Assembly (NCBI GenBank): GCA_964016885.1
Contig: OZ024741.1
Location: 407,898,001-407,962,000 of the forward strand
Direction of reading: 5' to 3'
Length of the DNA stretch: 64,000 bases
Origin: Eledone cirrhosa
Lineage: Eukaryota
Shown: positions 38,701 through 50,229 of the stretch, piece by piece
How the letters are laid out: each line of letters opens with the position of its first letter
How positions within the stretch are numbered: position 1 is the stretch's first letter
Program-made: the position numbers and the translations under genes
Notes under the pieces: generated by a model
Databases searched by the model: none
The model's input: only the letters and a program-made list of their open reading frames with translations
What the model was told of the DNA's origin: nothing

Positions 38701-41700
38701 GTGGTGGTGGTGGTAGAGTTGGTACGGGTGGTTTTGGTGGTAGTGTTGGTACTGGTGGTGTTGGTGGTAGTGTTTATACTGGTGGTATTTTTGGTAGTGT
38801 TGATACTGGTGGTGTTGGTGGTAGTGTTGGTACTGGTGGTGTTGGTGGTAGTGTTGGTAGTGGTGGTGTTGGTGTTAGTGTTGGTACTGGTGGTGTTGGT
38901 GGTAGTGTTGGAACTGGTACTGGTGGTTTTGGTGGTAGTGTTGGTACTGGTGGTGTTGGTGGTAATGTTGGTAATGGTAGTGTTGGTGGTAGTGTTGGTA
39001 CTGGTTGTGGTGGTGATGGTACTGGTGGTGGTGGTGGTAGTGTTGGTACTGGTACTGGTGGTGTTGGTGGTAATGTTGGTACTGGTGTTGTTGGTGGTAT
39101 TATTGGTACTGGTGGTGTTGGTGGTAGTGTTGGTACTGGTGGTGTTGGTGGTAGTGTTGGTACTGGTGGTGTTGGTGGTAGTGTTGGTACTGGTGGTGTT
39201 GGTGGTAGTGTTGGAACTGGTACTGGTGGTTTTGGTGGTAGTGTTGGTACTGGTGGTGTTGGTGGTAATGTTGGTACTGGTAGTGTTGGTGGTAGTGTTG
39301 GTACTGGTTGTGGTGGTGATGGTACTGGTGGTGGTGGTGGTAGTGTTGGAACTGGTACTGGTGGTGTTGGTGGTAATGTTGGTACTGGTGTTGTTGGTGG
39401 TATTATTGGTACTGGTGGTGTTGGTGGTAGTGTTGGTACTGGTGGTGTTGGTGGTAGTGTTGGTACTGGTTGTGGTGGTGATGGTACTGGTGGTGGTGGT
39501 GGTAGTGTTGGTACTGGTAGTGTTGGTGGTAGTGAGGGTACTGGTGGTGTTGGCGGTAGTGTTGGTACTGGTGGTGGTGGTGGTATTGTTGGCACTGGTA
39601 CTGGTGGTGGTGGTGGTAGTGTTGGTACTGGTGGTGTTGGTGGTAGTGTTGGTAGTGGTAGTGTTGGTGGTACTGTTGGTACTGGTGGTGTTAGTGGTAG
39701 TGTTGGTACTGGTGGTGTTGGTGGTAGTGTTGGTACTGGTGGTGTTGGTGGTAGTATTGGTACTGGTGGTGTTGGTGGTAGTGTTGGTACTGGTGGCGTT
39801 GGTGTTGGTGGTAGTGTTAATACTGGTGGTGTTGGTGGTAGTGTTGGTACTGGTGGTGTTGGTGGTAGTGTTGGTACTGGTGGTGTTGGTAGTAGTGTTG
39901 GTACTGCTGGTGTTGGTGGTAGTGTTGGCAATGGTGGTGTTGGTAGTAGTGTTGGTACTGGTGGTGTTGGTGGTAGTGTTGGTACTGGTGGTGGTGGTGG
40001 TAGTGTTGGTACTGGTGGTGTTGGTAGTAGTGTTGGTACTGCTGGTGTTGGTGGTAGTGTTGGTACTGGTGGTGTTGGTGGTAGTGTTGGTACTGGTGCT
40101 GTTGGTGGTAGTGTTGGTACTGGTGGTGTTGGTGGTAGAGTTGGAACTGGTGGTGTTGGGGTTGGTGGTAGTGATTGTATTGGTGGTGTTGGTGGTAGTG
40201 TTGGTACTGGTGGTGTTGGTGGTAGTGTTGTTACTGGTGGTGTTGGTGGTAGTGTTGGTAGCGGTGGTGTTGGTGGTAGTGTTGGTACTGGTGGTGTTGG
40301 TGATAGTGTTGGTACTGGTACTGGTGGTGTTGGTGGTAGTGTTGGTACTGGTGGCGTTGGTTATAATGTTGTTACTGGTGGTGTTGGTGGTAGTGTTGGT
40401 ACTGGTGGTGTTGGTGGTAGTATTGGTACTGGTGGTGTTGGTGGTAGTGTTGGTACTGGTATTGGTTGTTTTGGTGGTAGTGTTGGTACTGGTGGTGTTG
40501 GTGGTTGTGTTGTTAATGGTGGTGTTGGTGGTAGTGTTGGTACTGGTGGTGTTGGTGGTAGTGTTGGTACTGGTGGTGTTGGTGGTAGTGTTGGTACTGG
40601 TGGTGCTGGTGGTAGTGTTGTTACTTGTGGTGTGGTTGGTAGTGTTTTTACTGGTGGTGTTGGTGGTAGTGTTGTTACTGGTGGTGTTGGTGGTAGTGTT
40701 GGTACTGGTGGTATTGGTGGTAGTGTTGGTACTGATGGTGCAGGTGGTAGTGTTGGTACTGGTGGTGTTGGTGATAGTTTTGGTACTGGTGGTGTTGGGG
40801 GTAGTGTTGGTACTGGTGGTGTTGGTGGTAGTGTTGGTACTGGTGGTGTCGGTGGTAGTGTTGTTACTAGTGGTGTTGGTGGTAGTGTTGGCACTGCTGG
40901 TGTTGGTGGTAGTGTTTGTACTGGTGGTGTTGGTGGTAGTGTTGGTACTGGTGGTGTTGGTGGTAGTGTTGTTACTGGTGGTATTGGTGGTAGTGTTGGT
41001 ATTGATGGTGGAGGTGGTAGTGTTGGTACTGGTGGTGTTGGTGGTAGTGTTGGTACTGGTGGTGTTGGTGGTAGTGTTGGTACAGGTGGTGTTGGTGGTA
41101 GTGTTGGTACTGCTGGTGTAGGTGGTAGTGTTGGTACTGGCGGTGTTGGTGATAGTGTTGGTACTGCTGGTGTTGGTGGTAGTGTTGGTACTGGTGGTGT
41201 TGGTGGTAGTGTTGGCACTGGTAGTGTTGGTGGTAGTGTCGGTACTGGTACTGGTGGTGTTGGTGGTAGTGTTGGTACTGGTGGTGTTGGCGTTGGTGGT
41301 ATTGTTGTTACTGGTGGTGTTGGTGGTAGTGTTGGTACTGGTGGTGTTGGCGCTGGTGGTAGTGTTGTTACTGGTGGTGTTGGTGGTAGTGTTGGTACTG
41401 GTGGTGTTGGTGGTAGTGTTGCTACTGGTGGTGTGGGGGTAGTGTTGTTACTGGTAGTATTGGTGGTAGTGTTGGTACTGATGGTGGAGGTGGTAGTGTT
41501 GATACTGGTGGCGTTGGTGTTGGTGGGAGTGTTTATACTGGTGGTGTTGGTGGTAGTGTTGGTACTGGTGGTGTTGGTGGTAGTGTTGGTACTGGTGGTG
41601 TTGGTGGTAGTGTTGGTACTGGTGGTGTTGGTGGTAGTGTTGGTACTGGTACTGGTGGTGTTGGTGGTAGTGTTGGTACTGGTGTTGTTGGTGGTAGTGT

Positions 41701-44700
41701 TGTTACTGGTGGTGTTGGTGGTAGTGTTGTTACTGGTGGTGTTGGTGGTAGTGTTGGTACTGGTGGTATTGGTGGTAGTGTTGGTACTGATGGTGCAGGT
41801 GGTAGAGTTGGTACTGGTGGTGTTGGTGATAGTTTTGGTACTGATGGTGTTGGTGGTAGTGTTTGTACTGGTGGTGTTGGTTGTAGTGTTGTTACTGGTG
41901 GTATTGGTGGTAGTGTTGGTACTGATGGTGGAGGTGGTAGTGTTGGTACTGGTGGTGTTGGTGGTAGTGTTGGTACTGGTGGTGTTGGTGGTAGTGTTGG
42001 TACTGGTGGTGTTGGTGGTAGTGTTGGTACTGGTGGTGTTGGTGGTAGTGTTGGTACTGGTGGTGTTGGTGGTAGTGTTGGTACTGCTGGTGTTGGTGGT
42101 AGTGTTGGTACTGGCGGTGTTGGTGATAGTGTTGGTACTGCTGGTGTTGGTGGTAGTGTTGGTACTGGTGGAGTTGGTGATAGATTTGGTACTGGTGGTG
42201 TTGGTGGTAGTGTTGGTACTGGTGGTGTTGGTGGTAGTGTTGGTACTGGTGGTGTTGGTGGTAGTGTTGTTACTGGTGGTGTTGGTGGTAGTGTTGGTAC
42301 TGGTGGTGTTGGTGGTAGTGTTGGTACTGGTGGTGTTGGTGGTAGTTTTTGTACTGGTGGTGTTGGTGGTAGTGTTGGTACTGCCGGTGTAGGTGGTAGT
42401 GTTGGTACTGGCGGTGTTGGTGATAGTGATGGTACTGCTGGTGTTGGTGGTAGTGTTGGTACTGGTGGTGTTGGTGGTAGTGTTGGCACTGGTGGTGTTG
42501 GTAGTAGTGTTGGTACTGGTGGTGTTGGTGGTATTGTTGGTACTGGTGGTGTTGGTGGTAGTGTTGGTACTGGTACTGATGGTGTTGGTGCTAGTGTTGG
42601 TACTGGTGGTGTTGGCGTTGGTGGCATTGTTGTTACTGGTGGCGCTGGTGGTAGTGTTGGTACTGGTGGTGTTGGTGGTAGGGTTGGTACTGGTGGTATT
42701 GGTGGTAGTGTTGTTACTGGTGGTGTGGGGGTAGTGTTGTTACTGGTAGTATTGGTGGTAGTGTTGGTACTGATGGTGGAGGTGGTAGTGTTGGTACTGG
42801 TACTGGTGGTGTTGGTGGTAGTGTTGGTACTGGTGGTGTTGGTGGTAGTGTTGGTACTGGTGGTGTTGGTGGTAGTGTTGGTACTGGTGGTGTTGGTGGT
42901 AGTGTTTGTACTGGTGGTGTTGGTGGTAGTGTTGGTACTGGTACTGGTGGTGTTGGTGGTAGTGTTGGTACTGGTGTTGTTGGTGGTAGTGTTGTTACTG
43001 GTGGAGTTGGTGGTAGTGTTGGTACTGGTGGTGTTGGTGGTAGTGTTGGTACTGGTGGTATTGGTGGTAGTGTTGGTACTGGTGGTGTTGGTGGTAGTGT
43101 TGGTACTGGGGGTGTTGGTTGTAATGTTAGTACTGGTGGTGTTGGTGGTAGTGTTGGTACTGGTGGTATTGGTGGTAGTGTTGGTACTGGTGGTGTTGGT
43201 GGTAGTGTTGGTACTGGTGGTGTTGGTGGTAGTGTTGGTACTGGTGGTGTTGGTGGTAGTATTGGTACTGGTGGTGTTGGTGGTAGTGTTGGTACTGGTG
43301 GCGTTGGTGTTGGTGGTAGTGTTAATACTGGTGGTGTTGGTGGTAGTGTTGGTACTGGTGGTGTTGGTGGTAGTGTTGGTACTGGTGGTGTTGGTAGTAG
43401 TGTTGGTACTGCTGGTGTTGGTGGTAGTGTTGGCAATGGTGGTGTTGGTAGTAGTGTTGGTACTGGTGGTGTTGGTGGTAGTGTTGGTACTGGTGGTGGT
43501 GGTGGTAGTGTTGGTACTGGTGGTGTTGGTAGTAGTGTTGGTACTGCTGGTGTTGGTGGTAGTGTTGGTACTGGTGGTGTTGGTGGTAGTGTTGGTACTG
43601 GTGGTGTTGGTGGTAGTGTTGGTACTGGTGGTGTTGGTGGTAGTGTTGGAACTGGTGGTGTTGGGGTTGGTGGTAGTGATTGTATTGGTGGTGTTGGTGG
43701 TAGTGTTGGTACTGGTGGTGTTGGTGGTAGTGTTGTTACTGGTGGTGTTGGTGGTAGTGTTGGTAGCGGTGGTGTTGGTGGTAGTGTTGGTACTGGTGGT
43801 GTTGGTGATAGTGTTGGTACTGGTACTGGTGGTGTTGGTGGTAGTGTTGGTACTGGTGGCGTTGGTTATAGTGATGTTACTGGTGGTGTTGGTGGTAGTG
43901 TTGGTACTGGTGGTGTTGGTGGTAGTATTGGTACTGGTGGTGTTGGTGGTAGTGTTGGTACTGGTATTGGTTGTTTTGGTGGTAGTGTTGGTACTGGTGG
44001 TGTTGGTGGTTGTGTTGTTAATGGTGGTGTTGGTGGTAGTGTTGGTACTGGTGGTGTTGGTGGTAGTGTTGGTACTGGTGGTGTTGGTGGTAGTGGTGGT
44101 ACTTGTGGTGTGGTTGGTAGTGTTTTTACTGGTGGTGTTGGTGGTAGTGTTGTTACTGGTGGTGTTGGTGGTAGTGTTGGTACTGTTGGTGTTGGTGTTG
44201 GTGGTAGTGTTTATACTGGTGGTGTTGGTGGTAGTGTTGTTACTTGTGGTGTGGTTGGTAGTGTTTTTACTGGTGGTGTTGGTGGTAGTGTTGTTACTGG
44301 TGGTGTTGGTGGTAGTGTTGGTACTGTTGGTGTTGGTGTTGGTGGTAGTGTTTATACTGGTGGTGTTGGTGGTAGTTTTGGTACTGGTGGTGTTGGTGGT
44401 AGTGTTGGTACTGGTGGTGTTGGTGGTAGTGTTGGTACTGGTGGTGGTGGTGGTAGAGTTGCTACGGGTGGTTTTGGTGGTAGTGTTTATACCGGTGGTA
44501 TTTTTGGTAGTGTTTATACTGGTGGTGTTGGTGGTAGTGTTGGAACTGGTACTGGTGGTTTTGGTGGTAGTGTTGGTACTGGTGGTGTTGGTGGTAATGT
44601 TGGTACTGGTGGTGTTGGTGGTATTATTGGTACTGGTGGTGTTGGTGGTAGTGTTGGAACTGGTACTGGTGGTTTTGGTGGTAGTGTTGGTACTGGTGGT

Positions 44701-47700
44701 GTTGGTGGTAATGTTGGTACTGGTGGTGTTGGTGGTAGTGTTGGTACTGGTGGTGTTGGTGGTAGTGTTGATACTGGTGGTGTTGGTGGTAGTGTTGGTA
44801 CTGGTGGTGTTGGTGGTAGTGTTGATACTGGTGGTGTTGGTGGTAGTGTTGGTACTGGTGGTGTTGGTGGTAGTGTTGGTACTGGTGGTGTTGGTGGTAG
44901 TGTTGGTACTGGTGGTGTTGGTGGTAATGTTGGTACTGGTGGTGTTGGTGGTAGTGTTGATACTGGTGGTGTTGGTGGTAGTGTTGATACTGGTGGTGTT
45001 GGTGGTAGTGTTGGTACTGGTGGTGTTGCTGGTAGTGTTGGTACTGGTGGTGTTGGTGGTAGTGTTGGTACTGGTGGTGTTGGTGGTAGTGTTGGAACTG
45101 GTACTGGTGGTTTTGGTGGTAGTGTTGATAATGGTGGTGTTGGTGGTAATGTTGGTACTGGTAGTGTTGGTGGTAGTGTTGGTACTGGTTGTGGTGGTGA
45201 TGGTACTGGTGGTGGTGGTGGTAGTGTTGGTACTGGTAGTGTTGGTGGTAGTGAGGGTACTGGTGGTATTGGTGGTAGTGTTGGTACTGGTACTGGTGGT
45301 GTTGGTGGTAGTGTTGGTACTGGTGGTGGTGGTGGTATTGTTGGCACTGGTACTGGTGGTGGTGCTGGTAGTGTTGGTACTGGTGGTGTTGGTGGTAGTG
45401 TTGGTAGTGGTAGTGTTGGTGGTACTGTTGGTACTGGTGGTGTTAGTGGTAGTGTTGGTACTGGTGGTGTTGGTGGTAGTGTTGGTACTGGTACTGGTGC
45501 TGTTGGTGGTAGTATTGGTACTGGTGGTGTTGGTGGTAGTGTTGGTACTGGTATTGGTTGTTTTGGTGGTAGTGTTGGTACTGGTGGTGTTGGTGGTAGT
45601 GTTGGTACTGTTGGTGTTGGTGTTGGTGGTAGTGTTTATACTGGTGGTGTTGGTGGTAGTTTTGGTACTGGTGGTGTTGGTGGTAGTGTTGGTACTGGTG
45701 GTGTTGGTGGTAGTGTTGGTACTGGTGGTGGTGGTGGTAGAGTTGGTACGGGTGGTTTTGGTGGTAGTGTTGGTACTGGTGGTGTTGGTGGTAGTGTTTA
45801 TACTGGTGGTATTTTTGGTAGTGTTGATACTGGTGGTGTTGGTGGTAGTGTTGGTACTGGTGGTGTTGGTGGTAGTGTTGGTACTGGTGGTGTTGGTGGT
45901 AGTGTTGGTACTGGTGGTGTTGGTGGTAGTGTTGGAACTGGTACTGGTGGTTTTGGTGGTAGTGTTGGTACTGGTGGTGTTGGTGGTAATGTTGGTAATG
46001 GTAGTGTTGGTGGTAGTGTTGGTACTGGTTGTGGTGGTGATGGTACTGGTGGTGGTGGTGGTAGTGTTGGTACTGGTACTGGTGGTGTTGGTGGTAATGT
46101 TGGTACTGGTGTTGTTGGTGGTATTATTGGTACTGGTGGTGTTGGTGGTAGTGTTGGTACTGGTGGTGTTGGTGGTAGTGTTGGTACTGGTGGTGTTGGT
46201 GGTAGTGTTGGTACTGGTGGTGTTGGTGGTAGTGTTGGAACTGGTACTGGTGGTTTTGGTGGTAGTGTTGGTACTGGTGGTGTTGGTGGTAATGTTGGTA
46301 ATGGTAGTGTTGGTGGTAGTGTTGGTACTGGTTGTGGTGGTGATGGTACTGGTGGTGGTGGTGGTAGTGTTGGAACTGGTACTGGTGGTGTTGGTGGTAA
46401 TGTTGGTACTGGTGTTGTTGGTGGTATTATTGGTACTGGTGGTGTTGGTGGTAGTGTTGGTACAGGTGGTGTTGGTGGTAGTGTTGGTACTGGTTGTGGT
46501 GGTGATGGTACTGGTGGTGGTGGTGGTAGTGTTGGTACTGGTAGTGTTGGTGGTAGTGTTGGAACTGGTACTGGTGGTGGTGGTGGTAGTGTTGGTACTG
46601 GTGGTGTTGGTGGTAGTGTTGGTAGTGGTAGTGTTGGTGGTACTGTTGGTACTGGTGGTGTTAGTGGTAGTGTTGGTACTGGTGGTGTTGGTGGTAGTGT
46701 TGTTACTGGTGGTGTTGGTGGTAGTGTTGGTACTGGTGGTGGTGGTGGTAGTGTTGGTACTGGTGGTGTTGCTGGTAGTGTTGGTACTGGTGGTGTTGGT
46801 GGTAGTGTTGGTACTGGTACTGGTGGTGTTGGTGGTAGTGTTGGTACTGGTGGTGTTGGTGGTAGTGTTGGTACTGGTGGTGTTGGTGGTAGTGTTGGTA
46901 CTGGTGGTGTTGGTGGTAGTGTTGTTACTGGTGGTATTGGTGGTAGTGTTGGTACTGATGGTGCAGGTGGTAGTGTTGGTACTGGTGGTGTTGGTGATAG
47001 TTTTGGTACTGGTGGTGTTGGTGGTAGTGTTGGTACTGGTGGTGTTGGTGGTAGTGTTGGTACTGGTGGTGTTAGTGGTAGTGTTGTTACTAGTGGTGTT
47101 GGTGGTAGTGTTGGCACTGCTGGTGTTGGTGGTAGTGTTTGTACTGGTGGTGTTGGTGGTAGTGTTGGTACTGGTGGTGTTGGTGGTAGTGTTGTTACTG
47201 GTGGTATTGGTGGTAGTGTTGGTATTGATGGTGGAGGTGGTAGTGTTGGTACTGGTGGTGTTGGTGGTAGTGTTGGTACTGGTGGTGTTGGTGGTAGTGT
47301 TGGTACAGGTGGTGTTGGTGGTAGTGTTGGTACTGCTGGTGTAGGTGGTAGTGTTGGTACTGGCGGTGTTGGTGATAGTGTTGGTACTGCTGGTGTTGGT
47401 GGTAGTGTTGGTACTGGTGGTGTTGGTGGTAGTGTTGGCACTGGTAGTGTTGGTGGTAGTGTTGGTACTGGTGGTGTTGGTGGTAGTGTCGGTACTGGTA
47501 CTGGTGGTGTTGGTGGTAGTGTTGGTACTGGTGGTGTTGGCGTTGGTGGTATTGTTGTTACTGGTGGTGTTGGTGGTAGTGTTGGTACTGGTGGTGTTGG
47601 CGCTGGTGGTAGTGTTGTTACTGGTGGTGTTGGTGGTAGTGTTGGTACTGGTGGTGTTGGTGGTAGTGTTGCTACTGGTGGTGTGGGGGTAGTGTTGTTA

Positions 47701-49420
47701 CTGGTAGTATTGGTGGTAGTGTTGGTACTGATGGCGTTGGTGTTGGTGGGAGTGTTTATACTGGTGGTGTTGGTGGTAGTGTTGGTACTGGTGGTGTTGG
47801 TGGTAGTGTTGGTACTGGTGGTGTTGGTGGTAGTGTTGGTACTGGTGGTGTTGGTGGTAGTGTTGGTACTGGTACTGGTGGTGTTGGTGGTAGTGTTGGT
47901 ACTGGTGTTGTTGGTGGTAGTGTTGTTACTGGTGGTGTTGGTGGTAGTGTTGTTACTGGTGGTGTTGGTGGTAGTGTTGGTACTGGTGGTATTGGTGGTA
48001 GTGTTGGTACTGATGGTGCAGGTGGTAGAGTTGGTACTGGTGGTGTTGGTGATAGTTTTGGTACTGATGGTGTTGGTGGTAGTGTTGGTACTGGTGGTGT
48101 TGGTGGTAGTGTTGGTACTGGTGGTGTTGGTGGTAATGTTGTTACTGGTGGTGTTGGTGGTAGTGTTGGTACTGCTGGTGTTGGTGGTAGTGTTTGTACT
48201 GGTGGTGTTGGTGGTAGTGTTGTTACTGGTGGTATTGGTGGTAGTGTTGGTACTGATGGTGGAGGTGGTAGTGTTGGTACTGGTGGTGTTGGTGGTAGTG
48301 TTGGTACTGGTGGTGTTGGTGGTAGTGTTGGTACTGGTGGTGTTGGTGGTAGTGTTGGTACTGGTGGTGTTGGTGGTAGTGTTGGTACTGGTGGTGTTGG
48401 TGGTAGTGTTGGTACTGCTGGTGTTGGTGGTAGTGTTGGTACTGGCGGTGTTGGTGATAGTGTTGGTACTGTTGGTGTTGGTGGTAGTGTTGGTACTGGT
48501 GGTGTTGGTGATAGATTTGGTACTGGTGGTGTTGGTGGTAGTGTTGGTACTGGTGGTGTTGGTGGTAGTGTTGGTACTGGTGGTGTTGGTGGTAGTGTTG
48601 TTACTGGTGGTGTTGGTGGTAGTGTTGGTACTGGTGGTGTTGGTGGTAGTGTTGGTACTGGTGGTGTTGGTGGTAGTTTTTGTACTGGTGGTGTTGGTGG
48701 TAGTGTTGGTACTGCTGGTGTAGGTGGTAGTGTTGGTACTGGCGGTGTTGGTGATAGTGATGGTACTGCTGGTGTTGGTGGTAGTGTTGGTACTGGTGGT
48801 GTTGGTGGTAGTGTTGGCACCGGTGGTGTTGGTAGTAGTGTTGGTACTGGTGGTGTTGGTGGTATTGTTGGTACTGGTGGTGTTGGTGGTAGTGTTGGTA
48901 CTGTACTGATGGTGTTGGTGGTAGTGTTGGTACTGGTGGTGTTGGCGTTGGTGGCATTGTTGTTACTGGTGGTGTTGGTGGTAGTGTTGTTACTGGTGGT
49001 GTTGGTGGTAGTGTTGGTACTGGTGGTGTTGGTGGTAGTGTTGGTACTGGTGGTATTGGTGGTAGTGTTGTTACTGGTGGTGTGGGGGTAGTGTTGTTAC
49101 TGGTAGTATTGGTGGTAGTGTTGGTACTGATGGTGGAGGTGGTAGTGTTGGTACTGGTACTGGTGGTGTTGGTGGTAGTGTTGGTACTGGTGGTGTTGGT
49201 GGTAGTGTTGGTACTGGTGGTGTTGGTGGTAGTGTTGGTACTGGTGGTGTTGGTGGTAGTGTTTGTACTGGTGGTGTTGGTGGTAGTGTTGGTACTGGTA
49301 CTGGTGGTGTTGGTGGTAGTGTTGGTACTGGTGTTGTTGGTGGTAGTGTTGTTACTGGTGGAGTTGGTGGTAGTGTTGGTACTGGTGGTGTTGGTGGTAG
49401 TGTTGGTACTGGTGGTATTG
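29770..49420 (+). repeat. Large higher-order repeat, three tandem copies of about 6.3-6.9 kb (about 29770-36180, 36180-43085, 43085-49420)
   Basis: Markers: ACTGGGGGTGTTGGTTGTAATGTTAGT at 29792, 36201, 43105 (spacing 6409, 6904); GATAGATTT at 35275, 42179, 48510 (6904, 6331); paired GTGGGGGTAG at 34421/35821, 41433/42725, 47683/49082. The ORF track shows near-identical translations (30809/37233/44110 and 34083/41122/47345). Confidence 0.92.
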
Positions 49421-50229
49421 GTGGTAGTGTTGGTACTGATGGTGCAGGTGGTAGTGTTGGTACTGGTGGTGTTGGTGATAGTTTTGGTACTGATGGTGTT
49501 GGTGGTAGTGTTGGTACTGGTGGTGTTGGTGGTAGTGTTGGTACTGGTGGTGTTGGTGGTAGTGTTGTTACTGGTGGTGTTGGTGGTAGTGTTGGTACTG
49601 CTGGTGTTGGTGGTAGTGTTTGTACTGGTGGTGTTGGTGGTAGTGTTGGTACTGGTGGTGTTGGTGGTAGTGTTGTTACTGGTGGTATTGGTGGTAGTGT
49701 TGGTACTGATGGTGGAGGTGGTAGTGTTGGTACTGGTGGTGTTGGTGGTAGTGTTGGTACTGGTGGTGTTGGTGGTAGTGTCGGTACTGGTGGTGTTGGT
49801 GGTAGTGTTGGTACTGGTGGTTTGGTGGTATTGTTGGTACTGGTGGTGTTGGTGGTAGTGTTGTTACTGGTGGTGTTGGTGGTAGTGTTGGTACTGGTGG
49901 TGTTGGTGGTAGTGTTGGTACTGGTACTGGTGGTGGTTTTGGTACTGGTGGTGGTGGTGGTAGTGTTGGTACTGGTAGTGTTGGTGGTAGTGAGGGTACT
50001 GGTGGTATTGGTGGTAGTGTTGGTACTGGTACTGGTGATGTTGGTGGTAGTGTTGTTACTGGTGGTATTGGTGGTAGTGTTTTTACTGATGGTGGAGGTG
50101 GTAGTGTTGGTACTGGTGGTGTTGGTGGTAGTGTTGGTACTGGTGGTGGTGGTGGTGGTAGTGTTGGTACTGGTGGTGTTGGTGGTAGTGTTGGTACTGG
50201 TGGTGTTGGTGGTAGTGTTGGTACTGGTA

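Noticed and set aside
1260-48723. Gly-rich silk/shell-matrix/PE_PGRS-like plus-strand ORFs (GGSVGTGGV)n called as CDS
   Set aside because: They carry copied frameshifts and in-frame stops, the wobble base is nearly invariant while positions 1-2 vary, and there are no terminal domains. Kept only as a hypothesis in the findings.
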